The notes beneath the pieces were generated by a model. That model ran no database searches, was not told the DNA's origin, and saw only the letters and a program-made list of their open reading frames with translations. Positions 1 to 15,454 of a DNA stretch of 64,000 nucleotides are shown here, piece after piece. Source of the stretch: the human T2T-CHM13v2.0 reference genome, Homo sapiens; the NCBI RefSeq assembly GCF_009914755.1, contig NC_060948.1; one strand, 5' to 3'. The translations under genes and the position numbers were made by a program. Each line of letters starts with the position of its first letter. Position 1 is the stretch's first letter.

Positions 1-826
1 TATAAATGGGATAACAAAGCCTGTGTGATAGCCCAACTGTTGACATCATGGTTTACTGAATACTTTTAAGTCTATATGGATAGCTACTACTCAGAAAAAG
101 AGATTCCTTTCAATATACTATTCCTCATTAAATATACATTTGGTCATTCAAGAGCTCTGACAGATGTAAAAAGAGATTAAATTTGTCTTCATGCCTAACA
201 CAGTATCTATTCTGCGGCTCATGGATCAAGAAGTAATTTTGACTTTAAGTCTTATTATTTAAGAAATACATTTCATTTCATAAGTCTATATATAACTAAC
301 ACAGACAGCAATTCCTCTAATAAAGCAAAGAAAAGGGAAAACTTTCTGAAAAGGATTCAGTCATTCAACATGTCATTAAGGACTTTCATGATTCATGGGA
401 GGAGGTCAAAATGAATGTGGAAGAAGTTGATTCCAATCCTCATGGATGACTTTGAGGTGTTCAAGACTTCAGTTGAGGAAGGAACTACAGATGTAGAAAT
501 GGCAAGACAGTTTGACAGGTGGAGCCTGAAGAAGTGACTGAATTGCTGCAAGTGCACAACAAATTTTGAATGGATTAGAAGTTGTTGTTTCAGGGATGAG
601 AAAAGAAAGTGGTTTTCTGAGAGGAAATCCACTCCTGGGGAAATGCTGTGAACACTAACTACTGTGATACAAACAAACGATTTGGAATATTACATAAATT
701 TATTTGATAAAGGCAGTGGCAAAGTTCAAGAGGATTGACTCTAACTTTGAAAGAAGTTATATCATTGGGAAAACATCAAATAGCATGGCATCCTACAAAG
801 AAATCTTTCAAGAAACAAAGAGTTTG

Positions 827-1190
<364 letters not shown>

Positions 1191-1706
1191 TCACAGTAGC
1201 AAATATCGTTGTTGTCTTAAGGGGTCACAGCCACTTCATCAGCAAACACCATCCTGATCAATGAGCAGTCATCACCATAGAGGCAAGACCGTCTACCGCC
1301 AAAAAAATTATGACTTGCTTAATGATCACAGGCTTTCTTTTTTTAAGCAATAAAATATTTTCAAAGTAAGATGTTGTTTGCTTACACAAATTATAATTGC
1401 AAACTGACATAATATAGTGTAAACATAACTTTTATATGCACTAAAAAATAAAACTAAATTAGTGTGATTGGCTTTATTATGATACTCACTTTATTGCAGT
1501 TGTCTTGTATGAAACCTGTAAGATGTCCAAGGTAGGCCTGTAATGATCCTGGTATCACTTAAAAGTTTTATACTCTTATCAATTACTTAAATTACTTTTT
1601 AAAGACAAAGCCATTCTTTAAATTTCTATCTTTTTAGAATGTACACAAACTAAATAAAGATAAACTACTATATAAGAGCCAAGAAAGCAGCTAGTCCTTT
1701 TTTTAC

Positions 1707-2102
1707 CTGAGCGGAGTTAGATAGCTGTTTTCTCCATGGCTCTTCTGTGCTGCTGTTCAGGTCTGTATGATTATGAGGTAGAGTGTGTGTATTTTGCTGC
1801 AGGTAAGGCACATTTCCATTACTTTCACTTCCTGCTATACAATTACTGCCTAGCAAGATAGTGTCTGTACTTCCTAGAATTTTTGATGTGCCACAAGGAA
1901 TACAGCCTGCAGAAAAAGCTCCACTGGACAAAAGTTTTTCAACACAAGCAGGGCGAACTCCAGGCTGAGAGACGCTAGATACTCTGGTCAGAGCACCATG
2001 TGGTTGTCGATTAGAGACAGAGTTTGTAGGCAGTGATGAATCAGTTATGGCCCCGTTATGAATTCCAGTAGTTCGTACCTGAGCAACTTCTTTGTGTCTC
2101 AT
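1707..2102 (-). CDS. UTY: UTY exon 17 (396 nt), MRHKEVAQ...[13 protein letters not shown]; Ser/Thr/Asn-rich disordered linker
   Basis: tttgaag acceptor, gtaaaa donor; lies in ORF 1668..2156. Confidence 0.96.
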
Positions 2103-2530
2103 CTTCAAAAACAAAAAAGAAAAACTGCTGTGTAACTTTGAAAATGTGTAGTTCATACATCTCTAATTTCATATAACATTTCATGTCTCTAAAAAAACAT
2201 ATAGACAATAGATCCACTTTAATATATAATTCCTATAAAAAGAAGAAAGGTGTTTCAGTATGTAAAGAAATCGGCCTTTATTAACAGCTCAAGGGCAAAA
2301 TAAAGCTGCTAAAGATTATAAATAATGATTCAAAAACTTACAGGCCATTTTTCCTTCATGAAACAGAAGATTTCAAATTTCCATTCAGTTTACATTCTTG
2401 TCAAATCCTTCAAATCAATCATTTGGATCTAAGTTAATCTGAGTATATTTCCTTTTTAAAAAATTTGTCCATTACTAACACATATGTAAAACTCAGATAT
2501 ATACATCCCATGAAATATACACAGAAACTA

Positions 2531-2722
<192 letters not shown>

Positions 2723-2859
2723 CTAGAAGAAAAGAGATTAATATAATCAAAGTTTAATCTAAAATTTAAGACAATATAAGGCAACTCCTCACTAAAAAGA
2801 CTACACAGAACCTTTGCAGGATGAAAGACAGTGATTCCTAATGAACGTTAAGATAGTGA

Positions 2860-3158
<299 letters not shown>

Positions 3159-3220
3159 CCGATAGTGATTCTTAACCAATGTTACTCAAGCTCAAAATCC
3201 TTTAAGAAGTCTGAAAAAGT

Positions 3221-3525
3221 GGAAAGGCGTGGTGCCTCATACCTGTAATCCCAGCATTTAGGGAGGCCGAAGAGGGCAGATCACGAGGTCAGGAGATCGT
3301 GACCATCCTGGCCAACATGGTGAAACCCCAACTCTACTAAAAATACAAAAATTAGATGGGTGTAGTTGAGCATGCCTGTAATCCCAGCTACTGCGGAGGA
3401 TGAGGCAAGAGAATCCCTTGAACTCAGGAGGCGGAGGCTGCAGTGAACCATGATCACATGTCACTGCACTCCAGCCTGGCGACAGAGTGTGACTCTGTCT
3501 CCAAAAAAAAAAAAAAAAAAAAAAA
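3221..3525 (+). mobile_element. AluS with TSD aagtctgaaaaag
   Basis: TSD at 3207-3219 and 3524-3536. Confidence 0.95.
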
Positions 3526-3885
3526 GTCTGAAAAAGGCAGTAAAATCTAAAATTCTGAGGAAAGCTGTTTTGTGTGGTTTTAGTTAAATGTATTATGGGG
3601 AAATAAAAATTCAAAGACAAAGCTATTTAGCTTAAAACACTTAATAATAAAAATGCTTAATGCAACATTATTTGTAACAGAATTACTGAAAAACATGTAA
3701 ATGCCCAATAGTTGGGATCTGTTTAAATAACAGATTTGCCCCACCCATGCAATCATAAATCAAAGAATAGAGAAGCAATACACAGACACAGAAAGATCCT
3801 CAAGATACATCTTTAACAAAAAAACTAAGATCCTAAAATATTTGTAAAAGTGTACCTACAATTCTATTTTGAAAAGACAAACTTG

Positions 3886-4266
3886 GAGATCACACCTGGG
3901 CAACAAAAGTGAAACTCCATCTCAAAAAAACAAAAGACAAAACCAAACCAAAAAAAACAACAAGAGAGACTTGGCCAGGTGCAGTGGCTCACACCTGTAA
4001 TCCGAGCACTTTGGGACACTGAGATAGGCACATCATTTGAGGTCAGGAGTTCAAGACCAGCCTGACCAACATGGTGAAACCCTGTCTCTACTAAAAATAC
4101 AAAAAATTTAGCTGGGCATGGTGAAGCATGCCTATAGTACCAGGTATTCGGTAGGCTGAGGCAGGAGAACGGCCTGAACCCAGGAAGTGGAGACTGCAGT
4201 GAGCTGATATCATGCTACAACCTTCCAGCCTGGGCAACAAAGCAAGACTGTCTCAAAAAAAAAAAA
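3886..4266 (+). mobile_element. Alu 3' fragment followed by a full AluS
   Basis: Alu consensus motifs. Confidence 0.9.
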
Positions 4267-4580
4267 CAATACACAAACACATTTGTTTGTACATGCACAA
4301 TTTACATCTCTAGAAAAAAACTGTTAACATTGCCTGTGCATGAAAAACTAAAAATAGGTGGCTAGAGGTAGAAACTGGAAGGTGCCTTCACCTTATGTCA
4401 TTTAAGTTTCCTCTCCTCTCACAAAATGGATTCTGATTCCTATTATCCTGGAAAATGTGGGCTCGTTTTAATTATATTCATATTAATTTAGTTAATCATC
4501 ATTCAATTAATACCTAAAAAACAACATTTACTGTTTCTACTGCTTTCGAATTGGGGGAAAGATCGTCAAAGAATTCATAC

Positions 4581-4673
4581 CTGTAATTTCTGTGGTGTCA
4601 AACACAACGAATAAACTTGCTGTACTGGATGATGTGAAAGACTCTGGCCACCATTCCAGTTATCAGAACCATT
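4581..4673 (-). CDS. UTY: UTY exon 15 (93 nt), [31 protein letters not shown]
   Basis: ccttag acceptor, gtatga donor; phase 0 to 0. Confidence 0.95.
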
Positions 4674-5167
4674 CTAAGGAAAATTTAGTGTAAAAGATTA
4701 AGAATATTTGCTTAATTTCATACACTTAGAGTTATGACTAGTGAGAACCAAGTGACTAGGAATCGGAATAGGTATATATATGACATCCTTTTAAATCATT
4801 AAAAATTATTAAAAATGCATAATTAATTCATAAACTTACACATTTAGAAAAAAAGGACCATATTTAAATTACGTCTCAAAGAGGTAGAAAGGTGGTCTAC
4901 TACTATTCAACATTCAGTTTATTTCATTGTCAGAAGTGATGGTAAAAACTGTGTTAAAATTGTAAAAGCAGGGAAATGAATAAAATGACGTGATGAACAC
5001 AAACTTATCCCTACCTTCTATATTTAATGTGATGCAAAGATTATGGAATAGAAATACTGCTTCACTTTCTGATGTCCACAAGCTTAAAATACAGTCCAGG
5101 CACAATTTCAGAAGAGTTAGTTTCATTTTTGACTGGGATTTTCCATATCTCTAAAATGTATATATAC

Positions 5168-5323
5168 CTTTGTTGGACTAGATGTTCTTTTCTTCTTGGC
5201 AGGACTGGACAGGCCTTCTACTTGGCTAGAAGTAATCATGTGTAGTGACAAGGATTGCTGTAAAATTGGTGTTTGACTGTGGTTTAATACATGTTCAGTA
5301 TTTGGATCATGAGCTCTATAAGC
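5168..5323 (-). CDS. UTY: UTY exon 14 (156 nt, alternative), AYRAHDPNTEHVLNHSQTPILQQSLSLHMITSSQVEGLSSPAKKKRTSSPTK
   Basis: ccttag acceptor, gtatat donor, 52 open codons; colinear with the KDM6A 156-nt alternative exon; absent from the ORF track. Confidence 0.88.
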
Positions 5324-5686
5324 CTAAGGATCACAGAAGTAAGATAAAAATATGGTTCTACATATTCCTAATTCACTCCTTCAAATTATAAAACTTCATA
5401 TACTTTTCAACACTATGCGGACATCATTGATGGTAATTATTCAAAATTATAATCAAATGAATCATCAAGGGAGCAATGTGTGTCTTCTTCAGAAAAGTTT
5501 CATCTTTTAAACTTAATAAACAACTATAGAAATGTCACTTAAGAAATTACTTTCTAATTATGAGAATATACAAAGGTTTAAACTGGCACCCGTATTCCTT
5601 CCCATATCAGAGGGAATTTTATTTTTATTTTCTAAAACTCTTTAGAATTAAAAAATTTTTATTTTTTAATTAAAAAGATTTCTCTA

Positions 5687-5926
<240 letters not shown>

Positions 5927-6470
5927 CTAGGAAAAATTATGTAAAAAGCAAATTTAACACAAGCCTACTTGAGTAAGAGCAAGTCCACTAAATCTTCCTC
6001 AGGGTTATAGGTATTTAAAAAAAAATTCTAAATTTGGGGATTTTAGGTAGATGTTAAATATAAAGAGGGCAACTAGAATATTCTTTGGAGAATCAGAACA
6101 AACACAAGCTCTATTTTTCAGTTCTCACAGATATCTTCTCATGAAATTTTAAGCAAGAGTGAAAAATGGCATTTGTTATTTTCTCTACAATGTTATGAAA
6201 AGTTAAAAATGCAGATAAGCACACTGAAAAAGTTCATGCATAGTAATGTAAAATGTAAATATGCATCAATAAAGTAAATGTGCAAAAGAACATAGTTTAC
6301 ATACTGCATTTCACTTAAAATTAAATGAAAAATAATACCACAAAATATTACAAAATATGGAAACAAGGCAACATCAAAACACAAATAGACAAACTTGCCA
6401 GCCACCCTTCTCCTGCCAATTATTATAGGAATATACGTGTCATTTAAAATATACTATTTAAAATTTTTAC

Positions 6471-6690
6471 CTGTAGAAATTTAATTCTTGCAGCAAGCGT
6501 AGAGGTATTACTACAACGTTTGCTTCTAGCTGCATTTAGGTAGCATTTAATGGCATCTTGAGGTTGATTGCAGGATTCATAGAGAGTACCTAGGTCCATC
6601 CAGGCTGCGGCATGCCCATGGTCCAATTGTACAGCACAAATATATGCCTGTAAAGCATCCATAGGCTGATTTTGCTGCTGATACAACACA
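6471..6690 (-). CDS. UTY: UTY exon 12 (220 nt), [73 protein letters not shown]; TPR region
   Basis: ttccag acceptor, gtaaaa donor; lies in ORF 6444..6689; phase 2 to 0. Confidence 0.97.
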
Positions 6691-6739
6691 CTGGAAAGAA
6701 AAAGAATGCTGTCAAAAACTACTGGTTACTTTCGTTCGT

Positions 6740-7041
6740 TTATTTTTCTGTTGTTTTCAGACAGTGTCTCACACTGTCTCCCAGGCTGGAGTGAAGTGGC
6801 ATTTCCATGGCTCACCACACCCTTGACCTCCCCAGCTCAAGCAACCCTCCCACCTCAGACTCCTGCGTACCTGGGCCTATAGGACATGCCACCATGCCTG
6901 GCTATTTTTTTAAATTTTTTTCATGGAAATAGAGTGTTACCATATTGCTCAGGCTGGTCTTGAAACCCCAGACTCAAGAGATCAACCAGGCTCAGCTTCC
7001 CAAAGTGCTGGGATTATAGGCATGAACTACTATATCCAGCC
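6740..7041 (-). mobile_element. AluJ-like element filling most of the 443-nt intron between exons 11 and 12
   Basis: Diverged Alu motifs. Confidence 0.9.
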
Positions 7042-7132
7042 AGTTAATTTTATATTACTATACAGTATATTAGATGTTTCAATCATCCAGTGTATCAAGC
7101 GAGCTTCTACTGCTTTTATATATATAGCCTTA

Positions 7133-7402
<270 letters not shown>

Positions 7403-8954
7403 TTAATCTCTATTGTAACTTGCTGTTAAATACTGTCTTGAAAGAGCTAGTACGTTATATTAATAAACTTTTCTGAAACTATTGAAGATTTCTTCAATAC
7501 TATAATATTGAGGGTTAAACATAAAGCTCTCTATTTACACAAGTTTGAACGCAGGCTTCCTACATTATAAGAACAGAGTTAAATCTAAAGAGAAAAGTAC
7601 CTTTGATAATGACTTTTATATTAGGATTTAATAGTCCCCTTCCACTTAGTAACACTCAGAACAATCATTCTTTGTTATCTGTGTGACTTGTTTAAAAAAG
7701 TAAATCTATTGTAAAAATGATCAACATGTAATTCTCTACATATAAAGTTTTTAACTTTATATTCTTTATGATGGAGGAATTCTATGTGTGTGCATATGTT
7801 ACCAAGAAGCCATCTGTATAATTTCACTTTATTATGACATTAAATGATACAAAACAGCAAAAACCCTACAATATCTTTACTGGTACAGGTACTATAGGTT
7901 GATCACTCAATCTCTTCTAACTTATGTATCCCAAACAGCTGGGAACCACAGATTAAAACAGAAAACATGAGAAGAGGCATTTCGTATAGGTTTGAAAAAT
8001 ATGTGCAAATATTACTCAACCTACAAATGGAAATTTTTAAATCTAGGCTATCAACTTGAGATATGTATTTTAAAGGGCAAGTAATATGATTAAAATGAAA
8101 ATAAACGTGTACCGACAAAACCATATTAGACACTGGTAAAGAACTATAGGGGAAATAACAGAAATGGCAAGACAGAAAAAGATGGGGAAAAATAATCAAA
8201 CTTAAGGATTAATAAAGACTTGATGATGTGATTAGAGAGTAGGGGTTGGGGGGGCAATTGTTATAAGCCTGGTTCACTGGGAAAACAGCAGTTATCATTT
8301 AAAAATGAACAAAAGAAAACACACACACAAATCAGGAAAGTTGCTAAAGAACACCATGAAGAAGGTTTTTAAAAATGCTAATTTAGATGTGATGTGAGGA
8401 CTTTGGTAATGTTCAGTAAAAACAACCAGATGTGGTACCGAATTATAAGCTAACTTAAAGTCAGAGATTTTAATTTGGAATTTACTCATATGAGAGAGTG
8501 ATTTAAGAACACAGGATGCATGTAAGAGAGGTGTAGAAACATGTCTACAGAATGAGTCATTAATGGGCTGGGAAATACAAGAAATGCCAGTAACTGAAAC
8601 AGAGATATTTAGAGGATGCATACAAACTGTTGTGGGGGAGGGGAGTTGTTGATAAGAAGATACTTAATGACAATGTAACAGCGACAGACACCAGAAAGAA
8701 TGTGAATATGAATAGAAAAGAAAGAAATTTTCTTAAAACCAATTTCAGATTATCAGACAAATCTGGCTAATACTGGAAGAAATAAGCAGTATTTTCTCAG
8801 ACCAACATTTTCCAATTCCATTTACAAAAAGTGCAAACTAGAAAGCCAATGCACTGAAACACAGGTCTGAGTCCAGTCACCAAAAACTTTCCCTTTAATG
8901 CAACATGTCTAGGCTCCTCTGTGGTAATCTAGAGTAATACAAAAAGCACAGGGT

Positions 8955-9095
8955 ATATTTGAGTTGCAACTCTTTCTCTGATAATAATTACATGTCACCT
9001 TGAGGAAAACATTTTATTCCTCTGGACTTACTTCCTACATCTATAAAATGAAAGAGTGAACAAAGGTATTCCCCTAATCTCTTCCAAATTTAACA
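8955..9095 (+). mobile_element. MIR-like fragment
   Basis: Degenerate core (gtcaccttgagg...ttcctacatctataaaatg). Confidence 0.5.
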
Positions 9096-9613
9096 TTACA
9101 CACAGTTCTGTGACTCCAGGAGACTATTTTAAGTGAGGCAATAACCAGTGTCATTACAAATGTATTACTACATCCCCATTTCACTTTGATATGTACAATC
9201 CAATTGAAAAGCTAAATAAATATTCAACACAGCCCTAAATAATGACAAATTATCAGATGCCTATGTGTTTTACTAACACCCAATGTCCTTATGCAGAGCT
9301 TTAATAACTTTTAAAGTATAACTTTTAACACATCATTTTTTCAGCACAAATCACATTAGAAGCATTAAATCAGAAGGCAGTAGATGAGACTGAAAAAGGT
9401 AAAAGCAAAGAAAAAATTTTCCATGAAACCAAAGCAGGTTAATTACCTTCATCTGAGAAGTCAAGAAAGTTTTCTGTGAAAATTTTAGCTAAAAACATTA
9501 AAACCAAACCACACCCCAATGCCTTAAATTCATATGACTCAGGGAAAGCCCTTTGTCAATACTACTTTCCTTACAGAGCTATAAAAGTATATTATTGAAA
9601 CTAATTTTACTTC

Positions 9614-10180
9614 CTTTTTTTTTTTTGACATAGAGTCTCACTCTGTTGCCCAGGCTGGAGTGCAATGGCAAGATCTCAGCTCACTGTAACCTCTGCCCCT
9701 GGGTTCAGGTGATTCTCCCGCCTCAGCCTCCCAAGCAGCTGGGACTACAGGCATGCACCACCACGCCCAGCTAATTTTTGTATTTTTAGTAGAGACAGTG
9801 TTTCACCATATTGGCCAGGCTGGTCTCCAACTACTGGCCTCATGATCCACCCGCCTCGGCCTCCCTAAGTGCTGGGATTACAGGTGTGAGCTACTGCACC
9901 TGGCCTTCATTTTGTTTTTTTGAGACAGGTCTCACTTTGTCACCCAGGCTGGTGTGTAGTGGCATGATCACACCTCACTGCAGCCAGCCTCCTTCCTCAC
10001 AACCTCAGCCTTCCCAGTAGCTGAGACTATAGGCGGGCACCACCACACCCAGCTAATTTTGGTATTTTGGGTACAGACAGGGTTTCGCTATTTTGCCCAG
10101 GATGGTATTTGACTTCTGAATTCAAGCATTCCAGCCTCTTTGGCCTCCCAAAGTGCTAGGATTATAGACATGAGCCTGAA
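9614..10180 (-). mobile_element. Two tandem Alus (AluS, AluJ)
   Basis: Alu motifs. Confidence 0.92.
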
Positions 10181-11069
10181 ACTGTAATCTTAAGCATCTT
10201 TCATTACATTATCTTATAAAATGCTACAAGAAGTAAACAATAACAACTATCCTTTACAATAATGAGATATTCCAGTACTATAACAAAACATGCAACGAAT
10301 CTTATTCTTGAAAAAAAAAGCAAAAAATGTCCTGGTTCACAGTCTTTCTATTTATAGTAAAAAGAACTGCTCAAATATAATAAAACTTAAGGCCACAGAC
10401 CAATGTTTACACCTGCTCCGTTTGGTAATTAACCTCTTTTAATGTTACTGTATTAAGGCAAAAGCTAACAGTATATAACAGTGCCGGCTCTAAGCCTAAA
10501 TCCTACTTAGTTCACTTGCTCTATTTAGTAACAAAACTATTGCATTGAGTAATAAAGCCAGGTTGCTCAAAACACTTTGTTGTGCAATGCAGATACAAAA
10601 AAGATTCAGCTTCTCCTGAACTTGAGTGGTGGGTCAAGTCAAAGTTTGGAACTCTCAAGTTTTGTATTACTAGCAACCCAAGGTCAAATATTTTATAAAC
10701 CCTAGAGTTCTTCATTACAAAAACTTTACCACAAAGCATTAACTTCATTTTTATTATTTATCATTAACAGAAGACCAATATTTTTAATAAGGAATAATCC
10801 TAACAATAGTCTCCCTTTAATATAAATATGCTTTCCTTTCAAAAAAAAAAACATTGTACACAAAGTTAACAGAAAAACTAAATTTGAACATGTCTGCATG
10901 TCAAAGTTACACAAAATGAGCTACCCTATGTAAAAAAAAAAAAAACCAAAATTTACCACTGAAACAAATCAGAGCAATTAAATTAAGATATAACCTTGTT
11001 TTGAAAAGGTGCCTGACAGTTATAATTGAATCCTCTCAAGAGTTAAGAAAAATTGAGATGTCAAGTAGT

Positions 11070-11335
11070 TTATTTATTTTTTTAATTTTTGAGATGGAGT
11101 CTCTATCTCCTAGTTTGAAGTGTAGTGACATGATTTTGGCTCACTGCAGCCTCTGTCTCCTGTGTTCAAGAGATTCTCCTGCCTCAGTCTCCAGAGCAGC
11201 TGGTATTATAGTCGCCTGCTCACCACACCCACCTAATTTTTGTATTTTTAGTAGAGATGAGGTTTCATCAAATTATCCGCCCACCTTGGCCTCCCAAAGT
11301 GCTGGGATTACAGGCATGAACCACTATACCTGGCC
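11070..11335 (-). mobile_element. Alu with internal deletion
   Basis: Alu motifs; imperfect TSD tcaagtagttt / tcaagcagttt. Confidence 0.9.
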
Positions 11336-11949
11336 TCAAGCAGTTTTAAATGGACTATCAATGATTCCACAGTTAACAGCAAAGCCAGGATTTAAAACCC
11401 AGGTTTCTGAGTCTTCAATCCATTGATCTTTGCAACACACTAAATTACAATCTAGTGATTTAAAAAAACATGTACATGTACAAATATGTATTCTATCAGA
11501 CACATAAATATTATACCAGTAGGTATAATTCAGACAGTCAACATTCAAAGTAAGAAAAATATGGAGAAAAAATGTCTGGGTTACCAAAAATTTTTTATGT
11601 TCCTACCATAACGAACAATAATAACTTATGCATTTCCTCTAGAATTTCCACTAGCACTGTAATTTGAGAGCTATGATTAATAAAAATATTTCCATATTAA
11701 TATAAAAAATCACCAGCCAAGATTATAAACAGCAAATTTCTACTGATGACTGACAGATAAAATTAAAACTTGGGGTTTTGCTGAATATTTTTTAAAACGC
11801 TAGATATCAAAGGAAATACAATTTAAATACTAAATTGAAAACTATTGGTGATTATTATGTGATGGTACCCTTTAAAACCCTTTTAAGACTCTTTAAAAGC
11901 TAGCAATAACTGTACTCAGATTAAGAAAATGTGATGGTGATATCACAAC

Positions 11950-12210
<261 letters not shown>

Positions 12211-12384
12211 CTATTTTTACCTCCTAGGAACTTTTTATTTTCTAAGCACATAATATAATTATATTTTAATGTGAAATAAAAAATATAATTATTTTAATTA
12301 GGGGGATATTTAAATTATATTTTAAACATTAATTATATTGTAATAAAAATGTAATTATATCTTAATTTTAATTAAATTACGATT

Positions 12385-12547
12385 ATAACAGCAGTAAATA
12401 ACCACAACAAAACTTCAAGTTTATATGGGAAAAGCAAAATAAAATGTAGGTTCGAAGAGCTATAGGAGTAGTATACAGTGGATACCACAGATTTTGTTTA
12501 ATAATTAGATTAATAACTACAGCTACACAGACAACTGAAAGACTAAT
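12385..12547. repeat. Copy 1 of a diverged ~160-bp direct repeat (copy 2 at ~13998-14163)
   Basis: cacaacaaaacttc...gaaaagcaaaat...taggttc.aagagc.ata.gagt...aactacagctaca shared by both copies. Confidence 0.9.
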
Positions 12548-12569
12548 TGGGAACTAATTAATTAATTAA

Positions 12570-12866
12570 TTTATTTATTTATTTTGAGACAGAGTCTTGC
12601 TCTGTCACCTAGGCTGGAGTGCAAGGGTGTGATCTCAGCTCACTGCAACCTCTGCCTCCGGGCTCACGCCATTCTCCTTTCTCAGCCTCCTGAATAGCTG
12701 GGACTATAGGCACCCACCAACACGCCCGGCTAATTGTTTGTATTTTTAGTAGAGATGGAGTTTTACCATGTTAGCCAGGATGGCCTCGATCTCCTGACCT
12801 TGTGATCCACCCGCCTCGGCCTCCCAAAGTGCTGGGATTATAGGCGTGAGCCACCCCGCCCAGCCG
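12570..12866 (-). mobile_element. AluY/Sc-type element
   Basis: Alu motifs. Confidence 0.93.
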
Positions 12867-12969
12867 GGAGTTTATTTTTAAAATTTCACTTCTCAGATTA
12901 CATTTTATAAAATCTACAAATGATTTTACATTACAAATAAACTCTAGATAGCACGAGTATTTCATCTCA

Positions 12970-13128
<159 letters not shown>

Positions 13129-13547
13129 TCATTCTACTTCTTCAGTTTCAAGAAAATCATGCAGGAAACAGCAAATTACTTTTTCAGTAATTTATTCATG
13201 TAACTTAGATCACATTTTCCCAAAATTTAAAACTACCAAAGTTTAGAGAAGTTTATTTCACACAAAATGATACAATCAAAGCTAAAAAGGGATCTTAAAG
13301 CACACACAGATAACTAAATGATTTTAGGAACTGGATTGACATGGAGATGACAAATCAAATTCTCTTTTATAAATTTAGTTTGGAAAAAAATGCAAGTTAT
13401 AAATTTTAAGTATAAAATTGATAAATTTACTGTCCTTTAAAGGTTACCATGCAGTGAGAGAAATTCAAAAACAACTTTCAACCCCATGCTTACATCCAAA
13501 GAATAAAAAAATGCTTATGTAATCAAAGATAATTCATTTACATTCCT

Positions 13548-13842
13548 TCTGCTGCTGTTGTTGAGACGGAGTCTCGCTCTATCGCCCAGGATGGAGTGGA
13601 GTGGCACAACCTCAGTTCACTACAATCTCTGCATCCTATGTTCAAGAGATTTTTCTGTCTCAGCCCCTCAAGTAGTTGGGATTACAGGAATGGGACACCA
13701 TGCCTGGCTAATTTTTGCATTTTTATTAGTGACGGCATTTCACCATGTTGGGTAGGCTGGTCACAAACTCCTGGCCTCAAGTTATCTGAACACCTCCGCC
13801 TCTCAACAATGTACTGGGATTACAGGCAGGAGCCACCACACC
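13548..13842 (-). mobile_element. AluS with trinucleotide-converted tail
   Basis: Alu motifs; ctgctgctgttgttg tail. Confidence 0.9.
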
Positions 13843-13997
13843 CATTTATATTCTTTTTAATAGCTGCTTTCGGACTTTTACCTAAAATATAATCCTTTAT
13901 AAAATCTCAAAATAATACAAAGTAACACTTTAAACAACTTACAAAAGGCCTCATACATTACTGACATTATTTATTTATAATAATAACATTATTAATG

Positions 13998-14163
13998 TCA
14001 CAGCATTAGATAAACAATCACAACAAAACTTCTAGGCTATATGGAAAAAGCAAAATGAAAACTAGGTTCAAAGAGCCATAAGAGTGGTACACAGTGTGTG
14101 CCGCAGATTTTTGTTTAATAAATAGATTATGAACTACAGCTACATAAACAATTGAAATCTAAT
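13998..14163. repeat. Copy 2 of the diverged ~160-bp direct repeat
   Basis: Manual alignment to 12385-12547. Confidence 0.9.
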
Positions 14164-14758
14164 AGATAATATATGCTAAATGCTCAAGTCAAATCAAAAA
14201 CAGTCTGTCAGCTGTGACTTAATTCAAGTGTATAAAATTAGCTTTCCAAAAGCATCTAAGCAAAACTCTGCCCAATTGCTTTTGAAATTGTGGATAAAAC
14301 AGTGACAGAAAAAAAATTTATATTACCACCAACTTGAGTAAAAGTTAGGATTTTATTTGCTTAGACCAAAGCCAAAAAATAACTGTACTGAAGGACTACC
14401 AACAAACATTAACCCAAATAGCAAATACAATCAAGATAAATAAGCAACGAAATTAATTACTGGGGAGGGGACTTGCTATATTCTATATGATAACATATTA
14501 TTTTATACTACTTTCAAACACTAGATTACCTTATCTTCAATATGAGAATGTAACAGATTTTTGACAAGAAAACCCACTAAGATGTTCTATAAATTTTAGG
14601 TGAAATGTTTCCATTGATCATGTATCAATACAACTATAAAGCAAGTTTAGTATCCACTTACCAGCTGTGTGATAATCTTAATCTAATTTACTTAAGTCAA
14701 ACCTCATCCTGTCGTCAAGCAGTAGGGGAAGTCCAGAATCCAATACTAGCTGCAGTAA

Positions 14759-15361
<603 letters not shown>

Positions 15362-15454
15362 AGCACTAAGCACTATCTTTATACAGATGGTGAGAAGGAG
15401 TGTGCTTGATACTATGTTTATCAACAATGAAAATACACTTAGAAAACATTTATA

